This document shows, piece by piece, positions 20,401 to 29,293 of a DNA stretch of 64,000 nt. Under the pieces are notes generated by a model. That model made no database searches, was not told where the DNA came from, and was given only the letters and a program-made list of their open reading frames with translations. Every line of letters starts with the position of its first letter. The stretch's first letter is position 1. The position numbers and the translations under genes were made by a program. This DNA is from Parapedobacter defluvii (GTDB taxonomy: Bacteria > Bacteroidota > Bacteroidia > Sphingobacteriales > Sphingobacteriaceae): contig JBEBWT010000003.1 in assembly GCA_040392005.1 (NCBI GenBank), positions 33,481 through 97,480 on the forward strand, written 5' to 3'.

Positions 20401-20613
20401 GAAGTTCCATTTTCATACTTCAAAGGATATGTAAAAGGAGCGACAGTCAGTGTTCAGGGACGGAACCTCTTTATTTGGGTACCGAAAACTAACCTTTACA
20501 CAGACCCAGAGTATAGTGCATTGGGATCAGGCAGTAATGCTGTTGGCTTTACAAGTTTAGCCCAGTCGCCACCTGCCCGTTACTTTGGTGCTACTCTGTC
20601 ATTAAGTTTCTAA
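17482..20613 (+). CDS. SusC/RagA-family TonB-linked outer membrane protein
   Basis: 1043-aa ORF with a signal peptide and an N-terminal carboxypeptidase-regulatory-like domain (VSGQVVSEADNVPLRGVSVRVVGT). It has the plug motif NGAAAAAAYGSEASNGAIVITTKKG and a C-terminal ...GATLSLSF. There is no N-terminal STN/anti-sigma coupling extension. Confidence 0.9.
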   Translation: MKHKLLFIVVCWMSLLSASVVQAQTRLVSGQVVSEADNVPLRGVSVRVVGTTIAELTDANGLFAINVPQELNELSFTYLGFSTQSFTLTGIRAQSNITITLRPEATGLDEVIITASGTTAQRRELGTAATTVTAAQIVQGKASNIAASLSGKVPGLQVNAVNGGLNPNYRLVLRGQRSITGNNQALLILDNLVVPNSLLGNLNPEDIEDMQVLNGAAAAAAYGSEASNGAIVITTKKGKAGRTQIRLSHTATMEQVSYYPQLQDKFGAGTTPDAVKTYTAYENQQYGPRFDGSMREIGKPLEDGSIQTIKYSPVSDKYDFWEDGLSNQTDLVLTAGDEQSTYYISGQHFSQLATMPDDRYNRISVRANGTRKLYDNFSVQFSTNYINNWYDMTTAGSSIYNEILQTPANIPLTQYKDWKNDPWANPNGYYNEYYDNPYFSVGNWRQLTKNEYFQGNLELNYQPIKSVPLNLIYRVGVSSSNAQNKSHSNKFIFTDYTKSISGSSKTDVAGAVSDSRSGSLQLVSELIANYRQKLNDDFTLTLLGAGSLRDGQSKNVGVSASGLVIDGLYNISNTQNNPGASESNSRTRSMSVRGEARLGFRDYLYLHVTGRNDWTSVLEWENSSFFYPSADVSFIASDAIQALKDASWLSSLKLRAAYAYVGNVNLGAYALNTTFGQSAGYPYAGNPGYSVGGSLVAAGLKPEITKGPEAGFDLDLFNGDISAGLSWYKTNTYNQTISVSVSSATGFTSLRTNIGEVQNEGVETYLRVTPIRNPSGLTVSLGANYAYNRNEVISLSDESDVMTIGSATGAVVVAEKGQPFPLMKITKYLRDDQGRVIVDRNSGFPSFDGSYEIVGTSNPPHILGTDLEARYKGFRFNAIMEYRTGHYVMNSVSTGFDFAGSGIRTAWFNRERFVFPNSSYLDPATQQYVANTNITTRSGGADFWTDGTRNRNVGENYTHSAAFWKLREMSLSYEVPFSYFKGYVKGATVSVQGRNLFIWVPKTNLYTDPEYSALGSGSNAVGFTSLAQSPPARYFGATLSLSF

Positions 20614-20633
20614 TTTTAAACTAAGAAAAAGTA

Positions 20634-22235
20634 ATGAAAAAATATTTCAATATAGCAATTGCGATGTTGATTGCTGCTGGGCTTTCAACGTCCTGTAAGG
20701 ATTATTTGGATATCAATGATAATCCAAACTCTGCGACCTTCGTGGAGCCGCAACTGGTGCTGCCTACTGCCATTGTGAGATCGGCTAGTTTGGCGCATAC
20801 TTACAATACCTATGGTGGTTCTTTAAATGGGTACATTGCCAATGCGGGGGGATTCTCAGGCTTTGGAAACCTGCTTACCTATAGTTTTACTCCAGGGACA
20901 CATTCGGCTTGGGGTACTGCATACGACAATTTATTGGACTACAAATATGTGCTTGATGGCACTGCGGATGATAGTAACTTGGCTAATTTTCAGGCCATTG
21001 CAAAAATCATGACCGTGTTGGAGTACAGTAGATTGGTAGATCAGCATGGTGATGTTCCTTATACAGAAGCACTACAGGGAAGTGCAAATCTTACACCTGC
21101 TTACGACAGTGCACCGAGTATTTATGAGGATATCATCAACCAACTTGATGAGGCTGTTCAGATTATTGACAATGCATCCTTTCCTTTGACCCTGAATGCG
21201 GCTTCTGACCCGATGTTTGCAGGGGATATGACGAAATGGAAACAATTTGCCAATACATTAAAGTTGCGATTACTGATTCGTGTGAGTGCATCTTCCGAAT
21301 TATCTGGTTTTGCTTCTCAGAAATTAGCTTCGTTTAATAACAGTTTAGGTTTGATCACGGAGGATGCTATGGTCAATCCGGGGTATGAAAATCAATCAGG
21401 TAAAGTTAATCCTACTTGGGGCGCCTGGGGATACACCACTACTGGTAACGTAGCTACTTCATCTCGTGTACCGACTTATTATGTCTATGGTTACTATGAT
21501 GGTACTAAGATATCTGACAATTATAGAGGCGGAAAAATCTATAATGATTTTGGAAACTCGAGTCGCCCAACTCCGCTTAATCAATTGGGTGTGGAGGGTA
21601 ATAATCCTCCAATTCGTGCCGGTTTTTCACCTTGGTTCAATAGTAATACGGCCAATACGGAGACTGACGGTGTCGTAAAGGGACCTGGTCAGGGACGGCC
21701 TATCATCCTGTTGGCTGAGGCTCACTTCTTGAAAGCAGAAGCTCAGTTGAAAGGCCTAATCCCGGGTGATGCACAGGTGAGTTTTGATGAAGGCATTAAA
21801 GCGTCTTTTAGATATTTGGCGAAGAATGCGAATGATGCTGTTCCTACAGGTTTTAATGCTAACACCCTGTTGGCCGATTATAAAAACTCTAATTCTTCCA
21901 ATTATTTGGTGCAGTTTTCTACTTATACTGAGCAAGGCGGAGGAACGGTCCCTACGACCACTGCGCAGAAGCTTGAAGCAATTATAACGCAGAAATACAT
22001 TGCCTTCAATATGATCACTGGTGAAGAAGCTTGGAATGACTATAGGAGGACTGGATATCCGGTGACCACTCCCGGAGGTGGTAGGTACAATGATATGGCC
22101 TCTACAACTTCAGTAGCGACTACGCCAGATCGGTTGCCAACATTGCTAAAATATCCACAATCTGAGTATGATTATAACTCTGGAAATGTACGTGACGTTA
22201 ATCATTTTGGGGATAAGATTTTTTGGGCTAAATAA
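20634..22235 (+). CDS. SusD/RagB-family nutrient-binding outer membrane lipoprotein
   Basis: 533-aa ORF lying 20 nt after the SusC gene, with a lipoprotein signal (AAGLSTSC) and SusD-like length and helical content. Confidence 0.85.
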   Translation: MKKYFNIAIAMLIAAGLSTSCKDYLDINDNPNSATFVEPQLVLPTAIVRSASLAHTYNTYGGSLNGYIANAGGFSGFGNLLTYSFTPGTHSAWGTAYDNLLDYKYVLDGTADDSNLANFQAIAKIMTVLEYSRLVDQHGDVPYTEALQGSANLTPAYDSAPSIYEDIINQLDEAVQIIDNASFPLTLNAASDPMFAGDMTKWKQFANTLKLRLLIRVSASSELSGFASQKLASFNNSLGLITEDAMVNPGYENQSGKVNPTWGAWGYTTTGNVATSSRVPTYYVYGYYDGTKISDNYRGGKIYNDFGNSSRPTPLNQLGVEGNNPPIRAGFSPWFNSNTANTETDGVVKGPGQGRPIILLAEAHFLKAEAQLKGLIPGDAQVSFDEGIKASFRYLAKNANDAVPTGFNANTLLADYKNSNSSNYLVQFSTYTEQGGGTVPTTTAQKLEAIITQKYIAFNMITGEEAWNDYRRTGYPVTTPGGGRYNDMASTTSVATTPDRLPTLLKYPQSEYDYNSGNVRDVNHFGDKIFWAK

Positions 22236-22248
22236 ATAAGAGAGTAAC

Positions 22249-23085
22249 ATGAAAAATATATTAAAATTACTAACTGTGTTTGTTTTTTCAGTGGCTCTGA
22301 CGAGCTGTCTGAAGGACGAGAAATACGCATTGGATCCTTCGGGTTCCCATAATGTAGTCGAGTTTTACAATGTGACCGCACCTTTTTCTGCATATACTGC
22401 TAAGTATGTAGAATACATCCCTAAAACTTTTGAGAACGTCCCGACAGACGAATTCATGATAGGGGTGAATTGGGCCGGTCCGGAGGACTTTGCGACAACT
22501 GATATTATTGTCACTATTGCCCCAGCTCCAGAAGCTGCAACAGATGCGGGCTATGTTCAGTTGGATCCTTCTTTGTATTCAATGCCGACAACTGTGACCA
22601 TAAAAAAAGGAGAGAAGTTTGCTTTGATTCCCGTTAGTGTAAAGCCAAGTGCTTTTAATGGAGATTTGCCAAATGCACTTGCGGTAAAGATAACCAATAC
22701 TTCACATGGCGTGATTAGTGGTAATGTTGGTATAGCAATTTTTAGCTTGCCGGTCAAGAACCCTTGGGATGGTAAATACACATACCAATCAGCACCAACG
22801 CAAACTTTGATGCCAAACTGGACGGCTAATATTGAATTGAGAACTATCAATGCAACCAGAGTCCGTATGGCACCAGGTTTGGTGGGTTATTACAGCAATC
22901 AGGTTGATTTGGTAGTTGATAGGGTTACTAATCAAGTGACTGTAGAAATGACTACCTTGTTGCCTATTGCTACTGATCCTTCCAGTCATTATGATCCTGC
23001 AACGAAAACTTTTCATTTGAAATGGACATCGGGTGGGGGTAATCGTTATTTTGAAGAAACGTTGACTTACACTGGACCAAGATAA
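22249..23085 (+). CDS. DUF1735-like surface lipoprotein (possible surface glycan-binding protein)
   Basis: 278-aa ORF with the lipobox ALTSC followed by LKDEKYALDPSGSHNVVEFYNV, typical of DUF1735 proteins that follow SusD genes. Confidence 0.55.
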   Translation: MKNILKLLTVFVFSVALTSCLKDEKYALDPSGSHNVVEFYNVTAPFSAYTAKYVEYIPKTFENVPTDEFMIGVNWAGPEDFATTDIIVTIAPAPEAATDAGYVQLDPSLYSMPTTVTIKKGEKFALIPVSVKPSAFNGDLPNALAVKITNTSHGVISGNVGIAIFSLPVKNPWDGKYTYQSAPTQTLMPNWTANIELRTINATRVRMAPGLVGYYSNQVDLVVDRVTNQVTVEMTTLLPIATDPSSHYDPATKTFHLKWTSGGGNRYFEETLTYTGPR

Positions 23086-23123
23086 TTCTGCGAATAGGAA
23101 TTCTCCTAATCCTGAATTTTGGC

Positions 23124-23161
23124 AAAGGCTGCCTCAAATGAAAATTTGAGGCAGCCTTTTT
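23124..23161 (+). terminator. rho-independent terminator after the SusC/D/DUF1735 unit
   Basis: A 16-bp perfect stem: AAAGGCTGCCTCAAAT (23124-23139) pairs with ATTTGAGGCAGCCTTT (23144-23159), followed by a T-run. Confidence 0.7.
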
Positions 23162-23304
23162 ATGTGCTTCAACCTTTATGTGTTACAGGGTTTTTCAGAC
23201 ATACACAATGTGATCGGAAAATTATATGGTTTCGGGTATGCTGTCCTTGAAAGGTCTAAAACAGTATTAATCTGGGGGCGATGAATATTCGTTGGCTCGG
23301 ATTA

Positions 23305-23961
23305 TCAATAATCCAGCAGAAAGACATAAAGCTCCCGCGGGCCATGGGCGCCTAAGACCAGGGTCTTTTCTATATCGGCGGTCCGGCTGGGACCGGTGAT
23401 CAATGACACCGAAGAAGGCAGGGTGCGTCCGTATTTTTTCTTCAACAGCTCCATCCCATCCCGGATATCCGGCAACAATTGGTTGGAATGGGCGATGACG
23501 ACATGTATGGGGGCAAAGCTGCTGAGCCGGCGGCCGGCGGCATTGGCACTGCTGACCAGTACACTGCCGTTGCGGGCAATCAGGGCTTCGCAGGTGGTGA
23601 TGCTCATTTCCAGGGCTGCCAGGTCCTGATCGGTCTTATAATAGGGCAATTCGTAGCGATCCATGATCTCCTGTAAGGGAAGCTCCCAGACATGGATTTT
23701 ACGGAGTCCTTTCTGCTCAATCAGCGTGAGCAGATTTTCCATCAATTGCAGTTCACTTTCGCAGTAAACGAAATGGCCGGCATTTTCAGTGAGTTTTTCA
23801 GCAAAAAGAACAGGGAGAGGGGTCTGATCGGCCCGGTACAGGGGCGCGTCCTCAAACTGGGGATATGGATTTTCCCTTTTTTGAAGCAGCGCCTGCCGTA
23901 TTTTTTTGAGCATCCGCTCCCTGGCTGTTGTATTCCCGGTATTCTTCCCCATCAAAGACAA
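23305..23961 (-). CDS. LUD-domain protein (LutC/YkgG-like)
   Basis: 218-aa ORF whose C-terminal half (GSVLVSSANAAGRRLSSFAPIHVVIAHSNQLLPD...SLITGPSRTADIE) resembles the LUD domain. No lutA or lutB is adjacent. Confidence 0.6.
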   Translation of the reverse strand: MSLMGKNTGNTTARERMLKKIRQALLQKRENPYPQFEDAPLYRADQTPLPVLFAEKLTENAGHFVYCESELQLMENLLTLIEQKGLRKIHVWELPLQEIMDRYELPYYKTDQDLAALEMSITTCEALIARNGSVLVSSANAAGRRLSSFAPIHVVIAHSNQLLPDIRDGMELLKKKYGRTLPSSVSLITGPSRTADIEKTLVLGAHGPRELYVFLLDY

Positions 23962-23965
23962 TTTG

Positions 23966-26008
23966 TCAAAGAGTCGTGTCGCTCACCCCGTCATGCTGCA
24001 GGTTTTCAGCAGCCGGTGTCTGATCGGCATCCTCCAGATCATTGCCATTCACAAACTCATCATAGGTCGTGCGGTGATCAAATGGGCGTTTGCCCAGGAT
24101 CTCTTCCAGATCCGACTGGAACAGGATTTCCTTTTCAAGCAGTTTTTCAGCCAGCGCGATCAGACCGTTCTGATTTTCCAGCAACAGGGCTTTGGTTTTC
24201 CCATAGATCTCAGTGATCAGCGTTCGTACTTCCCCGTCGATCAGTTCGGCGGTTTTCTCGGAATAAGGCTTTTGAAACTGTGTTTCCTGGCTCTCATTGA
24301 AGGAGACATTTCCCACCTTATCGTTCATCCCATACACCGTCACCATCGCATAGGCCAATTTGGTAATCCGCTCCAGGTCATTCTGTGCCCCGGTCGAAAT
24401 TTTACCAAAGGTAATATCTTCTGCTACCCGTCCCCCCATGGTCATGCACATGCCGTCCACCAATTGCTCGGTGGTATAAAGAAACTGCTCTTTGGGCAGG
24501 TATTGGGCGTAACCCAGTGCAGCAACCCCACGGGGCACGATAGACACCTTGACCAGTGGATCCGCATGTTCCAGGAACCAGCCGGCAATCGCGTGTCCGG
24601 CCTCATGATAAGCTACGATCCGTTTCTCTTCCGGTGAGATGATTTTATTTTTCTTCTCCAGACCTCCGATCACCCGGTCAATGGCGTCATGGAAATCCTG
24701 CATACCGATGGCTTCCTTATTGCGGCGGGCCGCGATCAACGCCGCCTCATTACACACATTGGCGATCTCGGCCCCTGCAAAACCAGGAGTCTGTGCCGAT
24801 AATTTCTTGGGATCTACCTCCGCAGCCAGTTTGAGGGGTTTCAGGTGCACTTTGAAAATCTGCTCCCGACCCACCAGATCCGGTTTGTCGATCGAAATCT
24901 GCCTGTCAAAACGTCCGGGGCGCAGCAGAGCCGAGTCCAGTACATCCGGCCGGTTGGTAGCCGCCATAATGATAATGCCCGAATCCGTTCCGAATCCATC
25001 CATCTCCACCAGCAATTGATTGAGCGTATTTTCCCGTTCATCATTGCCCCCCATCACCGAATTTTTTCCACGGGCCCGCCCGATGGCATCGATCTCATCA
25101 ATAAAGATAATGCAGGGGGCCTTGTCTTTGGCCTGGCGGAATAAATCCCGCACCCGCGAGGCACCCACTCCCACAAACATTTCCACAAAATCCGAACCCG
25201 ACAGAGAGAAGAACGGCACCTGCGCTTCACCGGCCACCGCTTTGGCCAACAGGGTCTTACCAGTCCCCGGTGAGCCGACCAGCAGTGCCCCTTTGGGGAT
25301 CTTACCCCCCAGATTGGTGTATTTCTTTGGATTTTTCAGGAAATCCACAATTTCCATCACCTCCTGTTTTGCTTCCTCCAGGCCGGCCACATCGTTGAAA
25401 GTAATCGCAACCTGGGCTTCCTTGTCAAACAAAGTGGCCTTTGACTTCCCGATATTGAAAATCTGGCCACCGCCGCCACCGCCGCCACCCATTCTCCGCA
25501 TGATAAAGATCCAGAAAAACAGGATCAGCAATAGGGGCAGCATCAGCGAAAACAACCAGCCTGTCCAGGCGTTGGAGCGGTCTTCCAATTTGAGCGGGAC
25601 CCGTTCGCTACTCTCAATACCTTCCTGATCCGCATTCAGTTTTCTTTCCAGCGCCTCATAAGAACCGTCTGTAAACGTATATTGAGGGCCTGTGCTTGGC
25701 GACAGGCTCAGACGGTTGTCCGAAGGCCTTACCTCACTGTATTTTTCATCGTTCAGACGATCTTTCTTGATAAACACTTCGACAAACCATAAATCATTGC
25801 GTTTATAAGCGATCAAATTGTCCACATCACCGCTTCTCAGCAGATCACTTTCAAATTCCTGATAGGTGATCTGCTTGGCTTTGTCATCACTGAACAAAAA
25901 ATTAAGGGACAAAAATCCCAGTAACATAGCCAGCCAAAGCCACATGATATTGAATCGTGGTGGTTTTGGTGTTATTTTCTTCGTTGGCACTTTCTTCATG
26001 CGTTCCAT
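23966..26008 (-). CDS. ftsH: ATP-dependent zinc metalloprotease FtsH
   Basis: It has Walker [18 protein letters not shown], the SRH region, and the HEAGHA zinc motif. The track ORF (to 26074) overlaps rsfS, so an internal Met (26008 or 25999) is the more likely start. Confidence 0.95.
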   Translation of the reverse strand: MERMKKVPTKKITPKPPRFNIMWLWLAMLLGFLSLNFLFSDDKAKQITYQEFESDLLRSGDVDNLIAYKRNDLWFVEVFIKKDRLNDEKYSEVRPSDNRLSLSPSTGPQYTFTDGSYEALERKLNADQEGIESSERVPLKLEDRSNAWTGWLFSLMLPLLLILFFWIFIMRRMGGGGGGGGQIFNIGKSKATLFDKEAQVAITFNDVAGLEEAKQEVMEIVDFLKNPKKYTNLGGKIPKGALLVGSPGTGKTLLAKAVAGEAQVPFFSLSGSDFVEMFVGVGASRVRDLFRQAKDKAPCIIFIDEIDAIGRARGKNSVMGGNDERENTLNQLLVEMDGFGTDSGIIIMAATNRPDVLDSALLRPGRFDRQISIDKPDLVGREQIFKVHLKPLKLAAEVDPKKLSAQTPGFAGAEIANVCNEAALIAARRNKEAIGMQDFHDAIDRVIGGLEKKNKIISPEEKRIVAYHEAGHAIAGWFLEHADPLVKVSIVPRGVAALGYAQYLPKEQFLYTTEQLVDGMCMTMGGRVAEDITFGKISTGAQNDLERITKLAYAMVTVYGMNDKVGNVSFNESQETQFQKPYSEKTAELIDGEVRTLITEIYGKTKALLLENQNGLIALAEKLLEKEILFQSDLEEILGKRPFDHRTTYDEFVNGNDLEDADQTPAAENLQHDGVSDTTL

Positions 26009-26034
26009 TCTAATTTTAATTTTTTTATATCGCC

Positions 26035-26409
26035 TCAGGCACTCTTGAAATATTGTATTTCGGCATCGCCCCACAGTTCCTCTATCCCATAATGCTGACG
26101 TTTTTCGGTTTTGAAAATATGGACGACCACGTCAATATAATCCAGCAGCACCCATTCGCCCTGCTCCATTCCCTCTTTCCTCCAGGGATCCTGTTTCAGG
26201 GCTTTGTAAACCTCTTCTTCAACACTTTTTGCGATGGCATTGACCTGAGTGGTAGAATCGGCATGGCAAATCACAAAATAATCGGTCACGGACCCTTTCA
26301 ATGCACGTAAATCGAGCCTGACAATCTCATTTCCCTTTTTTTCCTGGATTCCGTACACAATGATGTCAGACAATTGCGCAGAAAAGCTTTCAATTTTGTT
26401 TTTTACCAT
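26035..26409 (-). CDS. rsfS: ribosome silencing factor RsfS
   Basis: 124-aa ORF with TDYFVICHADSTTQVNAIA and WVLLDYIDVVVHIF, typical of RsfS/IojAP. The rsfS-ftsH neighbourhood is common. Confidence 0.85.
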   Translation of the reverse strand: MVKNKIESFSAQLSDIIVYGIQEKKGNEIVRLDLRALKGSVTDYFVICHADSTTQVNAIAKSVEEEVYKALKQDPWRKEGMEQGEWVLLDYIDVVVHIFKTEKRQHYGIEELWGDAEIQYFKSA

Positions 26410-26461
26410 TAAAAAATATTATAGTTTTGAAGCGATATTACCTCGCTAAAATAACAATATA

Positions 26462-27235
26462 TTGCAAAATAACACATTTTCCGGCGGATTTGTCGGGCGA
26501 AATCTGATCACCCTGCCTTCGGTACCATCCACCAATGACTATTTGAAGGAAAGATTGTCAAAATCTGCGCCATTTCCCGAAGGGACTGTTATAATGGCAG
26601 TCCATCAGTTTGCCGGCAAGGGTCAGCAGGGAGCTATCTGGGAAAGTGAAGCAGGAAAAAACCTGACTTTCAGCCTGCTGCTCAATCCAGTTTCCACTGC
26701 GCCCGGCCATCAGTTTGCGTTGACGGTAGTGGTGAGCCTGGCCCTGGTCGAATTCCTGGAAAAGCTACTGCCCGGGCATCAGGTGCAGATCAAATGGCCC
26801 AATGATATTTATGTGGATGGCAGAAAGATAGCAGGTATCCTGATCGAAAACATCCTTTCTGGCAGACGCTGGAAGCATGCGATCATCGGGATCGGGATGA
26901 ATGTCAATCAAACCGTATTCCCGGAAGCCATCAGTGACCGGATCACTTCTCTGCGTTTACTGACCGGTGAAGAGTATGTGCTGACTGATCTCCTGACCGG
27001 AATATGTGCTGCCATCGAATCCAATTACGAGGGACTTGAGCTCTCCGCGACTTCCTGGCTACTCGGACAATATGTCAAAAAGCTATACCGCTATGATCAG
27101 GAGGCAGTCTATCTGCTCGATGGGGTGCCGGTCAGCGGCAAGATCTCCGGGGTCACCATGCAGGGGAGGCTGCAACTGGATTTTAACGGGCATGTAGTCG
27201 ATTTCGGCATCAAAGAAGTGCAGTTTACTCTTTGA
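26462..27235 (+). CDS. birA: biotin--[acetyl-CoA-carboxylase] ligase (group I, no HTH domain)
   Basis: 257-aa ORF with a TTG start, QFAGKGQQGAIWES (GRGRxGR-like biotin motif) and KWPNDIYVDGRKIAGILIE. Confidence 0.85.
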   Translation: MQNNTFSGGFVGRNLITLPSVPSTNDYLKERLSKSAPFPEGTVIMAVHQFAGKGQQGAIWESEAGKNLTFSLLLNPVSTAPGHQFALTVVVSLALVEFLEKLLPGHQVQIKWPNDIYVDGRKIAGILIENILSGRRWKHAIIGIGMNVNQTVFPEAISDRITSLRLLTGEEYVLTDLLTGICAAIESNYEGLELSATSWLLGQYVKKLYRYDQEAVYLLDGVPVSGKISGVTMQGRLQLDFNGHVVDFGIKEVQFTL

Positions 27236-27242
27236 AATCCTT

Positions 27243-27791
27243 TCATTGTGCCCCGGCCCGCTCGATGCGCAGCCCGGCGGCAACCACCTGCTTCAATGGG
27301 TTTTCCCGCATGTTCTGTTCCAGCGAAAGGATATATACGCCCGTATCCGGGAAAAAGTGATGGTCCCAGACCAATTGCCGGCTGGTATAAAGGTTGCCGC
27401 TGTGCTTCCCGGTCCACCGTCCGTCGGGCTCGGCCAGGATCAGTTCCACCCGCTTTGATACATTTTCAGGTATGAGCAGTCCGACACTTAGAGAGTCGGC
27501 TGCTAAAGCTGCAGATTCCCGTCTTTGGTGGATCACCAGATAAATATTGGCAAATCGGTACTGATCGGTATGCCTCAGATTGACATATACTTTATAGGGA
27601 CCTTTTCTGTCTTTTACATGGATAGTAATTTCGGGCTGATGGGCCAAATCCCATGACCGGTCGGGAATGGGGAGAAATTGATCTGCCAGTACCTGTCCCC
27701 GGTTGCATCCCGCTGCGGTCAGACAGCCTGTTAAAACAAGCAGGCACAATCCCCATACAGGCCAGAACCCATTTTTATGCTTGCTGGTCAT
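27243..27791 (-). CDS. gldH: gliding motility lipoprotein GldH
   Basis: 182 aa from the internal Met (MTSKHKNGFWPVWGLCLLVLTGC lipobox). YKVYVNLRHTDQYRFANIYLVI and the C-terminal GLRIER resemble F. johnsoniae GldH. The 313-aa track ORF is an artefactual upstream extension through a stop-poor region. Confidence 0.8.
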   Translation of the reverse strand: MTSKHKNGFWPVWGLCLLVLTGCLTAAGCNRGQVLADQFLPIPDRSWDLAHQPEITIHVKDRKGPYKVYVNLRHTDQYRFANIYLVIHQRRESAALAADSLSVGLLIPENVSKRVELILAEPDGRWTGKHSGNLYTSRQLVWDHHFFPDTGVYILSLEQNMRENPLKQVVAAGLRIERAGAQ

Positions 27792-29283
27792 TGTTCCCGG
27801 GTTTACCCTTGCTTCCCCCGGACGGTCGTCTCCGGCCCCTTCTGTCTTTCCCTGCTTCATTTCTTCCGGCCTCCCGATCACCGCTTTTCGCAGAAATCCC
27901 GTCTCCACTGCCATTACCGCCGCCATTGCCTCCACTGCTATTTCTGCCAGCAGGGTTATTTGCATTATTTGCATCGCCACGGTCCGTAGGTTTATTCCGG
28001 TTGCCTTTCCGGCCACTACCGCCACCGCCTTGCTTATTGCTCTGTCTGTCCCCCTCTTTGGCAGTTGCGCTGCCGGAGGCAGCAGAACCCGTCGGCCTCC
28101 TGTTCCCTCCGTCCCGCTCACCGCCAATGCCACCCTGTTTATTCCGGGAGTTCTTGCTCTTTTTGCGCTTCTTGTTTTTATCATCCAGCCGGGTCAGACT
28201 TTCCTGCCCCACCACATTCTCATAATCAAAAGTAGCTGTTTTGTCCACCTGAGCCTCCTCCATTTCCATGCCCAATTCCTCCGGTTTCTGTCCGGATTCA
28301 TTGAGTTTTTTGATCTCCTTCACCCGATCTACCGAGATGGCCATCCAGCTTTCCTCACCCGGATGACTGAACCACATGATCTTTTTGAAAATATCGGTTT
28401 TTTGCAAAAATGCAATTCCGCGCTGTGTTTCGATCCGGTCCACATTGTTCGGGATATCTTTCAGTGCATCCATATAGCTGTCCAGTTCATAGTTGAGGCA
28501 GCATTTCAGCTTTCCGCATTGTCCGGCCAGCTTCAGGGTGTTGAGAGAAAGGTTTTGGTAGCGCGCAGCCGAGGTGGACACCGTCTTGAAATCGGTCAGC
28601 CAGGTAGAACAGCACAATTCCCGTCCGCAGGATCCTATACCACCAAGACGACTGGCTTCCTGCCGCATGCCGATCTGCCGCATTTCGATCCGGATACGGA
28701 AGGACTCAGCCATCTTTTTGATCAGCTCCCGAAAATCCACCCGGCCTTCGGCCGTATAATAAAAGGTAGCTTTGGTTTTGTCCCCCTGGTAATCCACATC
28801 ACTGATCTTCATCGAAAGACCGAGGTTCAGGGCGAGGGTGCGGGCCTTGTGCATGGTTTCCCATTCCAGATCCTTGGCAGCCTGCCATTTGGTAATATCG
28901 TGTTCCGAAGGTTTCCGATAGACTTTCTTATCAATGTCTTCCTGCCTGGTCCGGCTTTTCTTGATCTGCAGCCGCACCAGCTCCCCGGTCAGGGAAATAT
29001 GGCCCAGATCATAACCGCCGGTCGGGGACTCCACCACGACCGGTTCACCCATTTCCAGGTAGAGATTTTCGTGATTGATATAAAAATCTTTTCTCGAACC
29101 CTTGAATCTGACTTCTACAATATTAAAAGGTTTATAATTTGTTGGCATGTCCATATGGCTCAGCCAATCGTAAACGTCCAGTTTATTACATCCGCTCGTC
29201 ATGCAGGCGCCATTGTTTTGACAACCCGCTGGTGTAGAACCACTTCCACAACCACCGCCGGATGCACATCCATTGCATCCCAT
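27775..29283 (-). CDS. PSP1-domain protein (RicT/YaaT homologue) with Cys-rich N-terminus and long RG/N-rich tail
   Basis: 502-aa ORF. The PSP1 core has YYTAEGRVDFRELIKKMAESFRIRIEMRQIG...GSCGRELCCSTWL...CGKLKCCLNYE. The N-terminus has 8 Cys in 32 residues. The C-terminal ~135 aa are low-complexity and rich in G/R/N/K. Confidence 0.85.
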   Translation of the reverse strand: MGCNGCASGGGCGSGSTPAGCQNNGACMTSGCNKLDVYDWLSHMDMPTNYKPFNIVEVRFKGSRKDFYINHENLYLEMGEPVVVESPTGGYDLGHISLTGELVRLQIKKSRTRQEDIDKKVYRKPSEHDITKWQAAKDLEWETMHKARTLALNLGLSMKISDVDYQGDKTKATFYYTAEGRVDFRELIKKMAESFRIRIEMRQIGMRQEASRLGGIGSCGRELCCSTWLTDFKTVSTSAARYQNLSLNTLKLAGQCGKLKCCLNYELDSYMDALKDIPNNVDRIETQRGIAFLQKTDIFKKIMWFSHPGEESWMAISVDRVKEIKKLNESGQKPEELGMEMEEAQVDKTATFDYENVVGQESLTRLDDKNKKRKKSKNSRNKQGGIGGERDGGNRRPTGSAASGSATAKEGDRQSNKQGGGGSGRKGNRNKPTDRGDANNANNPAGRNSSGGNGGGNGSGDGISAKSGDREAGRNEAGKDRRGRRRPSGGSKGKPGNNDQQA

Positions 29284-29293
29284 AATCTATTGT

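Noticed and set aside
26009-26074. Longer N-termini for ftsH (to 26074) and holB (to 30517) as given by the ORF track.
   Set aside because: The extensions overlap the upstream gene (rsfS) or add non-conserved residues before the canonical N-terminal motifs. Internal Met codons give proteins of standard architecture.
27792-28184. N-terminal 131-aa extension of the gldH ORF (the 313-aa track ORF) in a second frame over the PSP1 tail.
   Set aside because: GldH is a ~160-180-aa lipoprotein, and an internal Met at 27791 is followed immediately by a signal peptide and lipobox. The upstream part is open only because the purine-rich PSP1 tail region lacks stops in nearly all frames.
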